64,000 bases of DNA from a virus. Each line of letters begins with the position of its first letter. Position 1 is the stretch's first letter. The translations under genes were made by a program, and so were the position numbers. Location: IMG/VR virus record IMGVR_UViG_3300020477_001105, positions 47,663 to 111,662 of that record. One strand, written 5' to 3'. The notes under the pieces were generated by a model. The model did no database searches and was not told the origin of the DNA. It saw nothing but the letters and a program-made list of their open reading frames with translations. Shown here in pieces: positions 19,731 through 28,781 of the stretch.

Positions 19731-21268
19731 TTTGACATTCCTTGGGGAAAGGCGATATCCTCACCGTGATTAACGGTCCAAGACATAGTATGAGTGACAG
19801 CTAGCCATGTTTTAGCTGCAGACGGAAAGCCATTGCCGCTCTTCTTTACACCTCCAAACGACAAATGACTTTCCGCTGCAATGGATCCACCATTCCAGTA
19901 ACACATACCCGTGTCACAATTATCTCGACAGTAACGAGCTGTACGATAATTATTAGTTAGAATGCCAACTGCCAATCCATATTCTGTATCATTATAAATC
20001 CGCACCCCTTCTTCAATAGTATCAAACGGAACTAATGCTACATGAGGACCGAAAACTTCATTTCTTAAGTACGGTGCCTCGTGACCTCTCCACTTTGTCT
20101 TATATACCATTGGTGTAATATAATACGCACCATTATCAGATGTATATTCAGGTACTACTAGAATTTGAGCATCATGATCTACAACAACTTCTTCGTTATA
20201 CTCGGAGATCTTATCAAATCCTTGTTTATTGATAATAGGACCATAATACATGCTCTGATTTGGTGTACCATCGTCATTGAACGGGTTACCTGTCTTTATT
20301 TCTTTAGCCTTAGCGGCAAATTTTTCACAAAACTCATCATATACTCCACGCTGAACAATCATTCTACCAGATGAGACACAACGTTGACCTGATAACTTAA
20401 ATGCACTAGCAATTGCTGCATCAACAGCCATATCAACATCAGCATCATCAAACACAATACAAGCTGACTTACTACCCATTTCGCAACTGGTCGTTTTATG
20501 CCAGCTCTCAGCAGCTACCTTTCGAATGTGTTGACCTACATCTGCACTACCAGTGAAGCAAATATGATCTACATCTTCATGGATTAATGCATTACCAACC
20601 AATCCGTCACCATGTAACACCTGCAATACACCGGCAGGTAGACCGGCTTCGTGATATAATTGAGCTGCGGCATGAGTAGACCAAGGAGCATCTTCAGAAG
20701 GTTTAATGATAACTGTATTACCTTCGACTAATGCTGGAGCTGCACACCAAAACGGTCCGATAGCTAGTGGAAAATTAAAAGGAGATACTATCGCAATGAC
20801 GCCTTTAGGCTTACGGATCATATACGAATCCTTCTCTGCAAGCTCAGATGAGACAATATCTCCAGTGGGGGTTCTACCGGACCCGAACGCGAACTGAGCC
20901 ATGTGCAGCGCCTCGTTAACTTCCGCAATTGACTCGTTGTAATTTTTACCTGTTTCAAGAGAGATAATACGCGCTAATTTCTCTCTACGCTGTACAATTA
21001 AATCTGCAACCTTATTTAAAATCTCTGCTCTCTCCAATCTACTTTTAGCCTTCCAAGAACTGAAAGCTGTCCGAGCGTTATCGTATGCCTCCCACACTTC
21101 TTCAGGAGTAGATTGAGGAAACATACCTAACACCTCCCCAGTAGCAGGATTGATATTAGCATATTCATCTGTGTCAAAATCTGCTCCCCCGACACCCTTT
21201 CTCCACGCTACAAATTCCCCGTTAACATAATTACGGCCTTCTACTAATTCGTCTGTCATTGTACTCAT
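19727..21268 (-). CDS. NAD-dependent aldehyde dehydrogenase
   Basis: PFNFP, KPSE, FTGS, catalytic E (CEMGSK), catalytic C (GQRCVS), EVFGP, FGGVKKSG. Confidence 0.95.
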   Translation of the reverse strand: MSTMTDELVEGRNYVNGEFVAWRKGVGGADFDTDEYANINPATGEVLGMFPQSTPEEVWEAYDNARTAFSSWKAKSRLERAEILNKVADLIVQRREKLARIISLETGKNYNESIAEVNEALHMAQFAFGSGRTPTGDIVSSELAEKDSYMIRKPKGVIAIVSPFNFPLAIGPFWCAAPALVEGNTVIIKPSEDAPWSTHAAAQLYHEAGLPAGVLQVLHGDGLVGNALIHEDVDHICFTGSADVGQHIRKVAAESWHKTTSCEMGSKSACIVFDDADVDMAVDAAIASAFKLSGQRCVSSGRMIVQRGVYDEFCEKFAAKAKEIKTGNPFNDDGTPNQSMYYGPIINKQGFDKISEYNEEVVVDHDAQILVVPEYTSDNGAYYITPMVYKTKWRGHEAPYLRNEVFGPHVALVPFDTIEEGVRIYNDTEYGLAVGILTNNYRTARYCRDNCDTGMCYWNGGSIAAESHLSFGGVKKSGNGFPSAAKTWLAVTHTMSWTVNHGEDIAFPQGMSK

Positions 21269-21819
21269 AATTCTTGTGTGCTTAACATTAAATCTTTTAC
21301 ATTGTCTTCACAGAAGCCGTCTCCTTCCCGTGAAATTAATTCATATATTACACCTGTAAGTTCAGATGGTTTTGTGAAAACTTGTTTTAATCCCGGGCAA
21401 GTAAGAGGTTCGTTAGAAAGAAATTCAGCATACCCTTCCTCTTTCCATTTCTTCATAGTATCTTCAACACTATCACACTGATAAGCCACATGATGAACAC
21501 CACCCACCCCACCGCGAGCAGCAACCCAATCACCAACAATAGATCCGATTTTACCATCGCTGACAAAGATCTCAGCCGGTGCATGATACGTGATATCTTC
21601 TTCGTCATACTCATTAAAACTTAAACAAGTATTTAGAGTCCAATCACGAGTTGAATCTGGTCGTTTTTCTGGTGGCACAAGAGCTAGACAATCAGCTTTA
21701 GAGCCATCATCAAACTCAATTTGAAATTCAGTGCCTATAGTGTAACCGAGTGTGTCTTCAAAAAACTTAGCAGTCTTATATCGATTCTTTACTCGATAGG
21801 CAATATGATCTAATCTCAT
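21265..21819 (-). CDS. VOC-family metalloenzyme resembling the HPPD catalytic domain
   Basis: LDHIAY, GGVHHVAY, LKQVFTKP...YELISREGDGF; His-His-Glu metal triad. Confidence 0.8.
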   Translation of the reverse strand: MRLDHIAYRVKNRYKTAKFFEDTLGYTIGTEFQIEFDDGSKADCLALVPPEKRPDSTRDWTLNTCLSFNEYDEEDITYHAPAEIFVSDGKIGSIVGDWVAARGGVGGVHHVAYQCDSVEDTMKKWKEEGYAEFLSNEPLTCPGLKQVFTKPSELTGVIYELISREGDGFCEDNVKDLMLSTQEL

Positions 21820-21826
21820 ATATATT

Positions 21827-21854
21827 ATTTTAACACATATGAAAAGGAAGTCAA
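21827..21854 (-). promoter_or_regulatory. Sigma70-like promoter
   Basis: TTGACT-N16-TAAAAT, 7 nt upstream of ATG 21819. Confidence 0.7.
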
Positions 21855-21862
21855 CCTACCAA

Positions 21863-22153
21863 TTAAGCTGCGGTAGTCTCATCTACCTTATCCAGCTGTG
21901 CCTTAATCTCTGTCACCGCAACTGGTGTCTCTTCGTCGACAAATTTCTGCAATGCTAAAGGCTTGATCCAGGACTTGTCTGTATCTAGGTTTATCTTTAA
22001 ATGCTTAGCTTTTCTAGTTATAACGTCTAAACCTTGGAGCAGGGCGCACCAGCGGGCGGCTTCGTATAATGTCATATTATGTTTATCGGTCTGGCTGCTG
22101 ATCTCAACCGGCTGTGTTACGTCAATGTTTAGGATTTTATCTGGTTGTTTCAT
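21863..22153 (-). CDS. Hypothetical protein
   Basis: 96 aa in a tight minus-strand run. Confidence 0.65.
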   Translation of the reverse strand: MKQPDKILNIDVTQPVEISSQTDKHNMTLYEAARWCALLQGLDVITRKAKHLKINLDTDKSWIKPLALQKFVDEETPVAVTEIKAQLDKVDETTAA

Positions 22154-22155
22154 AA

Positions 22156-22608
22156 TTACTTGAGTACTTTCTTAACACATTCGTGTACGTACCCATGCAT
22201 TATAGGTAAAATTAAATTATTGTCAAGCTTAAAATTCATGCTTTTGAGGACCGAAACGGATTCCTTTAAAACCGTCGATGCAGTCTTCAATTGATTCAGT
22301 TTTATCTGCTTTTTTTCGATATTATCGACCGTATCTTCAATATTATCTCTAATACCTTGTATTATAGTGTCTATAAATAAATGCAGAGCTATATCATACG
22401 TAGCATCACTGGCGGTATACTTTTGACCAATTAACTCACCTTTCTTATATTGATAATATAAATTCTTATCTTTTTCCTTCCACAATTGAAGAATCTTTTC
22501 GTCAACCTCTTTAAAGACAACTCTAGGCTTTACTTCTTTCTGTGGTGTTATCGCTGACGGTTGTTTATCGTCGAATGAATCCCATAAATGCTTATCGTTT
22601 TCTACCAT
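22156..22608 (-). CDS. Hypothetical protein
   Basis: 150 aa in a tight minus-strand run. Confidence 0.65.
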   Translation of the reverse strand: MVENDKHLWDSFDDKQPSAITPQKEVKPRVVFKEVDEKILQLWKEKDKNLYYQYKKGELIGQKYTASDATYDIALHLFIDTIIQGIRDNIEDTVDNIEKKQIKLNQLKTASTVLKESVSVLKSMNFKLDNNLILPIMHGYVHECVKKVLK

Positions 22609-23009
22609 TGCTTAACCTTTATCGATTCAGAGCTATCTTCGCCTAATGGATTTGTTACTTGCGCTGATTCTACCTCAATATACACTGCGTTCTCCTTATC
22701 ACACTCGTCACACTTAAACGTATTGTTAATATCTAATCTGATAGGTGTCAAATTAACCTTCTTACACGCTGCACACGGGATACTGATCGTTTGCTTACCT
22801 AGTTCTTCTAAGATCTGGATCTCCATCTCCGCAGCTTTAGTAGCAGTTCTAACACTAACGACATACTTTACAATTTCCCATATAACAAATTGAGCTACAG
22901 TAGCAGCGAGAAATGTAGCCCAAAAATTTATATCAAACTGTAGCAGAAAAAATGCTATAGAAGAACTTACAACTATAAGTATAGCTAGTGGCCTAATTAA
23001 CTCTTTCAC
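22602..23009 (-). CDS. Membrane protein with Zn-ribbon
   Basis: Two N-terminal TM helices; CAAC...CDEC. Confidence 0.65.
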   Translation of the reverse strand: MKELIRPLAILIVVSSSIAFFLLQFDINFWATFLAATVAQFVIWEIVKYVVSVRTATKAAEMEIQILEELGKQTISIPCAACKKVNLTPIRLDINNTFKCDECDKENAVYIEVESAQVTNPLGEDSSESIKVKQW

Positions 23010-23024
23010 TATACTAATATTAAC

Positions 23025-23462
23025 CTACTTATCCCTTTTATCCACGGGAAGATTGTCATCACTGACATATGATTGGTCAGTTTCAGATTCAATTGAAAAA
23101 CCATCAATATCAATGCTTATTGAATTTATAATCTTCTGAATTGTTTCAATTTTTTTGACAATTTTTTGGATTTGAGCTTTAGCTTTTGTCTTATCGTCTA
23201 AGACGGGATTTGCTTTGGCTAATAATAGAGATTTCTTAACTTCAGCCGATTGAACGTATAAGTCACCTAATAGCTGTACAAGATTTTGTACTGAATGAGG
23301 CATCGAACCTGGTGCCTTTACGTAGTTCGGATGTTGGTTGTCACTTTTCTTGAGCATATCTAGTAGTGACATTGGCTCTGGACCGACATTGCGACCTGAC
23401 GTACCAGTCGCCCATTTGTCGGACATTGCTAATACATCTTCAAGTAAAAATTTGCGCGCCAT
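23025..23462 (-). CDS. Hypothetical late protein
   Basis: AATAAATA 6 nt upstream; N-terminus MARKFLLE. Confidence 0.65.
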   Translation of the reverse strand: MARKFLLEDVLAMSDKWATGTSGRNVGPEPMSLLDMLKKSDNQHPNYVKAPGSMPHSVQNLVQLLGDLYVQSAEVKKSLLLAKANPVLDDKTKAKAQIQKIVKKIETIQKIINSISIDIDGFSIESETDQSYVSDDNLPVDKRDK

Positions 23463-23468
23463 TGTAAT

Positions 23469-23493
23469 TATTTATTCGCTATAAAGATAAATA
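23469..23493. promoter_or_regulatory. Divergent pair of late promoters
   Basis: AATAAATA on minus (23469-23476) and GATAAATA on plus (23486-23493). Confidence 0.7.
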
Positions 23494-23503
23494 CTTATAG
23501 CTT

Positions 23504-23920
23504 ATGAGCATCTATGATAAGAAGTTTAATGTATTACTTGAGCAAGAGGCTGATCCTGCGGCTCAAATGGGACCTGCAACTCCACCCGGGCCAGTTGAAG
23601 GTGAAATGAGTGATAGTGGCGCGACGTTAGCTGCAGTTAGCGATGTTGCGGATAATCCTGTCGTGAATTACCAAAAAGAGCAAAATGCTGCAATGACTCA
23701 GGCTATCGGTGGGTGGATTGGTCAAATTGAGGACTTTACTAACTTCTTAAACGGGCTGGATGGTAACTCATTACAGTCGCAGTTGAATAATGCTGAGTGT
23801 GATACCCTATTTAACAATGTCTCCAAGAGTGAGACGAAAAAGATTTCAAGAATTGCGCAAGATCTTAGAGGTTTAGTTGAATCTCTCAAGGGATACTTGC
23901 TCTCTTCAGAAGAAAAATAA
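23504..23920 (+). CDS. Hypothetical late protein, probably head-internal
   Basis: N-terminus MSIYDKKFNVLLEQE. Confidence 0.65.
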   Translation: MSIYDKKFNVLLEQEADPAAQMGPATPPGPVEGEMSDSGATLAAVSDVADNPVVNYQKEQNAAMTQAIGGWIGQIEDFTNFLNGLDGNSLQSQLNNAECDTLFNNVSKSETKKISRIAQDLRGLVESLKGYLLSSEEK

Positions 23921-23941
23921 CCCTAAAGAATAAATATTGAT

Positions 23942-24343
23942 ATGGCAGTAATATGGAACAATAATAAAAACGATGGCCAATCAGCGTCTACTATCACATC
24001 GTATCTATGCGGTGTAGCTGGTAACTTCGCAGCCAGTGCCTCTACACTGAACTTAAGTGGTTTTGGTACCGCCATCCTTGAAGGTAGCAAAGGTTACAAT
24101 AACTGGGCTGTCGGTCACGAATTTACAATTGAGGGAGACGGTACTCTCTATTCGATTACAGCCATGTCTAACTTGTCCGCTGATTCAACTACCGGTGACT
24201 GGAGTGCTGGTACAATTACTATTAGCCCTGTTTTATCCGGTGCAGCGAGAGTTGGTGCCGCTATAACAAAAGAAGACAGCTACAAGGGTAATCAAGGTAG
24301 TGCTGAGAACCATATCAGACTCAGACGCTTAGGTTACATTTAA
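23942..24343 (+). CDS. Probable virion structural protein
   Basis: AATAAATA 5 nt upstream; Gly/Ser/Thr-rich, beta-type composition. Confidence 0.55.
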   Translation: MAVIWNNNKNDGQSASTITSYLCGVAGNFAASASTLNLSGFGTAILEGSKGYNNWAVGHEFTIEGDGTLYSITAMSNLSADSTTGDWSAGTITISPVLSGAARVGAAITKEDSYKGNQGSAENHIRLRRLGYI

Positions 24344-25348
24344 TAGTACTCTAACTTTTAATCCCGTATGAGTGTTATCTAGAATAAACTTATACGGGAT
24401 TTCGCTTATATTGAGAGCTACTGCCATATCATTGAAATCCTTAAACCGTTTACCGTATTTCTCAGGCCATACGAAAACTCTATGACCTTGTTCCGCCAAT
24501 TTCAACGTTTTACTCTTACTCGCACTATCCTGCCATTGAGAGTCTAATACCCATATCTGATCAAAGAAGTTATAGTGTGTTAATTGGTCTCTCTGCTTAG
24601 CAGATAGCGATCGATCACTGTTCTCTTGAATCCCTGCAACAGCTGTACCATTCCTAACAAAGCACGCATCAATAGGACCTTCGAATATAAACAGATGATC
24701 AATATCTGAATTAATATTATTCAGATTAAACAGTGTCTTTTCGCTGTTAGATTTAGATAGATATTTCGGAAGAGAAGAGTTCGGAACAACAGTTCTACTC
24801 TGATAAAACGCTATGTCACCTGACTGGTCATAAAATGGAATAACTAGTCTATTTTTATGTGTAAAGTCTGTTAAGCTGACGTATAATGACTTAGGTCTAT
24901 TGACTGCACTATGTAAACGTCTGCTGTGAATTAACTCTAAGCACATCTTTACAGGTTCATTATCTTTATGGTACTCGACTTGATGTTCATCAAATAAATT
25001 GATAGAGTCATGAGGTAATATTTCTGTACTATAATTAGTGCGGGTATACTTATCTTCAGAAACATCTTCAGGTATTAAATCATAATCTTTCGCTTCATTC
25101 ATTATCTCCTCATATGTGAGATGACCAACCTCCTTAATGAACTTAATAGCATTTCCTGACCAACCACAATTATGGCAATATATAGTACCAGATTTTACGA
25201 TGTAGTATAGCCGGCGCTTTCTTCCCCAGCTCTTCCCCTCTTTGCACATAGGGCAACCACCTTCATACACATTAGTTGAGCGCTTAAACTTAACGTAACC
25301 GGCTAATTGATGAAACTTTTGAGCAATATAGTCTTCTGGTAGGACCAT
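24329..25348 (-). CDS. gp61: DNA primase
   Basis: Zn-binding CPMC...CHNC; TOPRIM FEGPIDA; KDFND. Confidence 0.92.
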   Translation of the reverse strand: MVLPEDYIAQKFHQLAGYVKFKRSTNVYEGGCPMCKEGKSWGRKRRLYYIVKSGTIYCHNCGWSGNAIKFIKEVGHLTYEEIMNEAKDYDLIPEDVSEDKYTRTNYSTEILPHDSINLFDEHQVEYHKDNEPVKMCLELIHSRRLHSAVNRPKSLYVSLTDFTHKNRLVIPFYDQSGDIAFYQSRTVVPNSSLPKYLSKSNSEKTLFNLNNINSDIDHLFIFEGPIDACFVRNGTAVAGIQENSDRSLSAKQRDQLTHYNFFDQIWVLDSQWQDSASKSKTLKLAEQGHRVFVWPEKYGKRFKDFNDMAVALNISEIPYKFILDNTHTGLKVRVLLNVT

Positions 25349-25385
25349 GAAGATATTATAGTATCAAGATGTGAGAAAACTACTT

Positions 25386-25763
25386 TTAATGCTTATGCTT
25401 ACGACCTTCAACCATTACTAGATCTTTGGCAGGAATATTCTTCTCAATACCATTGTCCCACTGAACATCATAGTATTCAACTTCACCTTGTTCATTAATA
25501 GTATGGTGAGTGACTGTCCCTACAGATTCTTTTTTAGCGTCAGACCGACGCTTTCGAACTGTTTTCCATCAGTCGTGAGATTTGTGAGAATTATCTTTGG
25601 CCTTCTCCTCGACAATGCCTTTCTGGATAAATTGTCCAGTAGACGGGCAGTACCAATGAGCTTCAACAACAACACGGTCGTAGTACTCGATAGTTCTCAA
25701 CTTAGGAGTAGAATATTCTCCTGTAAAGGGAGACATAATTTTCTTTGGTTGTACGAAATCCAT
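25386..25763 (-). CDS. Candidate selenoprotein (125 aa, in-frame TGA at codon 65)
   Basis: The 64-aa ORF continues in frame past TGA (25569-25571) for 60 codons to TAA; SECIS-like hairpin follows the TGA; late promoter upstream. Confidence 0.7.
25536..25552 (-). promoter_or_regulatory. Bacterial SECIS-like hairpin
   Basis: AGCGTC-GGTCT-GACGCT; the stem starts at nt 17 and the loop at nt 23 after the TGA; GGUCU loop as in the E. coli fdhF SECIS. Confidence 0.7.
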
Positions 25764-25768
25764 TTTAA

Positions 25769-26131
25769 TTATTTATGCTTTTTGTTATTTTTTCTATACT
25801 GTGCCTGGCATACCATATACACATCGGTAGGTAATGGTTCAATCTCTTCTAATATTTCATTCTGCAATCCATACTCTACATCACTGCGCGGCACTGATCT
25901 AACGTGTAAATCCGGTAAAGATAGAAACATATATTGATCCTTTCGCTTCTCCATTAAAACAAAGAACTCTCCTCTATAATCACCATGAGCAACAGCATAA
26001 ACTGTCCGTTCTTTTATACTACCCTTATCGGTACCACTGGATGGTTTGTTCCAAGCCTTCTTTAAAGTCTTTATAATCGATTTTAGCAATTGAATTAAGT
26101 TTATCTGAGTTAATTGAGTACCTAAAGTCAT
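25769..26131 (-). CDS. Hypothetical protein (start uncertain)
   Basis: Fills the gap below rmlB; the 5' part overlaps rmlB. Confidence 0.55.
   Translation of the reverse strand: MTLGTQLTQINLIQLLKSIIKTLKKAWNKPSSGTDKGSIKERTVYAVAHGDYRGEFFVLMEKRKDQYMFLSLPDLHVRSVPRSDVEYGLQNEILEEIEPLPTDVYMVCQAQYRKNNKKHK
25770..25777 (-). promoter_or_regulatory. Late promoter (CATAAATA)
   Basis: 6 nt upstream of ATG 25763. Confidence 0.7.
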
Positions 26132-26969
26132 GACCTAGCCTATCATCTACAAACTCAATCAAATCATGAGGTTTTCCGACAATATCTAAGATCAATTTGA
26201 CCATCTCTATATTCTGAATCTCTTTTCCAGATCCAATATTATATACTTCTCCCGCTTGACCGTTTTTATATACTTCATATATAGCCTTGCAGTGATCTTC
26301 TACGTAAATCCATTCTCTAACATTCTCACCCTTACCGTAGACAGGAATAGGTTTATCGTTTAATGCATTAGAAATAACTTTAGGAACTAGCTTCTCATCG
26401 TGCTGTCTGGGTCCATAATTATTACAGCATCTAGTAGTTACTACGTCTAACCCGAAAGTCTTATTAAACGATCTAACGATTAAATCCGCTGATGCCTTTG
26501 ATGCCGAATAAACATTATTAGGTTCTAGAGGGTTACTCTCTTTAAATGACGGGTCGTCTAAGCCTAATGCACCATATACTTCATCGGTTGATACATGAAC
26601 AAACCTAGGCACATTATACTCTCTCGCTTTTTGTAAAAGATTAAACGTTCCATATACATTAGCATCGATAAAAATCTCCGGACCAGTGATACTATTATCT
26701 ACGTGGCTCTCAGCGGCAAAGTGAAATATAGCCTTCACATTCTCACCATTAAGTGCATCGGCTATGACGCTCTTACTAGTAGCTAAATCACAACACGTAA
26801 CAACAACCCTGTTATCTTTATAATTTTTTTGTAAGATGTTACCGATATCAGCAGCATATGTCATCTTGTCGAGCACATGAACAGTACCATCCGTATGGTC
26901 ACACAAGTAATTGACAAAATTACTCCCGATAAAACCACAACCACCTGTTACGATATAATCACGCGTCAT
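26025..26969 (-). CDS. rmlB: dTDP-glucose 4,6-dehydratase
   Basis: TGGCGFIG, AAESHVDNSI, STDEVYG, YSASK, NNYGP, DRLGHDFRY. Confidence 0.95.
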   Translation of the reverse strand: MTRDYIVTGGCGFIGSNFVNYLCDHTDGTVHVLDKMTYAADIGNILQKNYKDNRVVVTCCDLATSKSVIADALNGENVKAIFHFAAESHVDNSITGPEIFIDANVYGTFNLLQKAREYNVPRFVHVSTDEVYGALGLDDPSFKESNPLEPNNVYSASKASADLIVRSFNKTFGLDVVTTRCCNNYGPRQHDEKLVPKVISNALNDKPIPVYGKGENVREWIYVEDHCKAIYEVYKNGQAGEVYNIGSGKEIQNIEMVKLILDIVGKPHDLIEFVDDRLGHDFRYSINSDKLNSIAKIDYKDFKEGLEQTIQWYR

Positions 26970-27858
26970 ATTTTCTCTCCAAATATGTTCTATATTGACA
27001 ATTAGGCAGTGAAGAGATTACATTACAAAATTGGTTATAGCTAATAAATTCTTTTTTATAGGCGATCTCCTCAACACAACCAATCATCAACCCTGTTCTA
27101 GATTGAATGGATTTTACAAACATCGACGCTTCGAACATAGCTTCTGGTGCACCGGTATCAAACCAAGCAGCGCTATCTCTAAGCAACTTAACCTTTAGTT
27201 TTTTATCCTTGATGTAAAGGTTATTTAAATCCGTAATTTCAAGTTCACCTCTAGGTGAGGGTTTAAGAGAGCGTGCCTTGCTCACAGCAGAAGAATCATA
27301 AAAATATAACCCTGGTACGGCATAATTAGACTTAGGGTTTGCTGGTTTCTCCTCAATACCTTTAACTCTAACATTTCTCTCATACATGTCAGATGGTCGC
27401 TCAAAATCGACAACACCGTATTCTTCCGGGTTAGCCACCCTATATCCGAACACGCAATTTTCATTCATCTTACTAATGTACATTAAGTCCTTATAGAAAT
27501 CCTCTCCGTAAAAGATATTATCACCCAGTGCTAATGCACACGGGTCACCTTTAAGAAATCCAACGTTCTCAGCAATTAAAAATGCTTCTGCAATGCCATT
27601 AGGTACGTCTTGTGTTGCGTACTCAATATTCATACCCCAGTCATTACCATTACCCAGAGTGCTATTAAACTGTAATATCTGATCAGGCGATGATATAATT
27701 AATACATCTCTGATGACAGCTGACATCAAGGACGCTAGCGGATAATAAATCATAGGCTTATCATACACTGGCAATAGCTGCTTATTGACACCAGCGGTCA
27801 TAGGATACAACCTCGTACCCTTTCCGCCTGCTAGAATGATTCCTTTTCTGTAACCCAT
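26959..27858 (-). CDS. rmlA: Glucose-1-phosphate thymidylyltransferase
   Basis: GIILAGGKGTRLYP, KQLLPVYDKPMIYYPL, LGDNIF, EEKP, PSPRGELEITD. Confidence 0.97.
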   Translation of the reverse strand: MGYRKGIILAGGKGTRLYPMTAGVNKQLLPVYDKPMIYYPLASLMSAVIRDVLIISSPDQILQFNSTLGNGNDWGMNIEYATQDVPNGIAEAFLIAENVGFLKGDPCALALGDNIFYGEDFYKDLMYISKMNENCVFGYRVANPEEYGVVDFERPSDMYERNVRVKGIEEKPANPKSNYAVPGLYFYDSSAVSKARSLKPSPRGELEITDLNNLYIKDKKLKVKLLRDSAAWFDTGAPEAMFEASMFVKSIQSRTGLMIGCVEEIAYKKEFISYNQFCNVISSLPNCQYRTYLERKYDA

Positions 27859-27859
27859 T

Positions 27860-28765
27860 TTAAAATGTTCCTACACCACCGATACCATATTTTAATTCCA
27901 TATCATACTTCATGCCCATAACACACTGATTTAGAGCATACTGTACTGATGGGAGTTTAATTCCGTATTTAGATAGTTTATCAGTGCTAAGTGTACAATT
28001 AGACCGCTTACATGCTAAATCTAAATCTTGCTCTTTGACTTTAGTCCAATCTGCATACCCCATTCCATGCTTTCTTAAAACATCCAATATACCGTGAATA
28101 TTAATCTTACCTTCATTGACTACATTGAAAATACCGGGTGGAATTTCGTGCCTATTTTCACATATCTTCTCTACAACCGTACACAAGTCTTCTACTCGCG
28201 TAATAGAGTTAACAGCGTCAATAACACGCTTGTATTTTCTCAATTTCACTAGTAGATTCTTATCGTGATCCTTACCGATAACAGGCATTCGAATTCTTAA
28301 CGTGTAGCAATCCATGTCCTTTAAAAGTAGCTCACCGGCATGTTTCGAGCGACTGTAAAAACTGCTGTCGTTATTATATACACCGAAATTAGGTACATCT
28401 TCCTCAGTAAAGTCTTGGTCTCCTTGATAGATACACCCGCTAGAAATATGAATTACAGGTGTTCCGAAGTGTTCATTAATAAGGCGAGTTGTTCTAGCAG
28501 GAGCTACTACGTTGTATAACCAGCAATCTTCTTTATTAGATTCACAACCATCAACATTTGGGGAACCTGTATACCCGGAACAATTCACTACCACATCATA
28601 AGCAGGATTGGCTTCACTTAGAAAATGTCTGAGAGATTTAGCACCATTACCAGTCAAAGCGTAATCAACATCTCTTTGTGTGATTAAATCCGTGTTATGG
28701 TAGTCTGATAAATGACGGTGTACGGCCTGGCCGATGAATCCTCCACCTAATACTAATAACTTCAT
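27860..28765 (-). CDS. RmlD-like NDP-4-keto-6-deoxyhexose reductase, possibly bifunctional epimerase/reductase
   Basis: GGGFIG, GYTGSPNVDGCE, SSGCIY, YSRSK, LRIRMP. Confidence 0.8.
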   Translation of the reverse strand: MKLLVLGGGFIGQAVHRHLSDYHNTDLITQRDVDYALTGNGAKSLRHFLSEANPAYDVVVNCSGYTGSPNVDGCESNKEDCWLYNVVAPARTTRLINEHFGTPVIHISSGCIYQGDQDFTEEDVPNFGVYNNDSSFYSRSKHAGELLLKDMDCYTLRIRMPVIGKDHDKNLLVKLRKYKRVIDAVNSITRVEDLCTVVEKICENRHEIPPGIFNVVNEGKINIHGILDVLRKHGMGYADWTKVKEQDLDLACKRSNCTLSTDKLSKYGIKLPSVQYALNQCVMGMKYDMELKYGIGGVGTF

Positions 28766-28781
28766 GCTATAATATTAACAC

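Noticed and set aside
25540-25569. ATG overlapping the TGA (TGATG) as the start of a separate downstream gene
   Set aside because: That frame stops after 9 codons (MENSSKASV); the long downstream frame is the one continuous with the upstream ORF
25488-25937. 149-aa plus-strand ORF over the selenoprotein candidate
   Set aside because: Antisense to a coherent minus-strand run, TTG start, no promoter or recognisable motif
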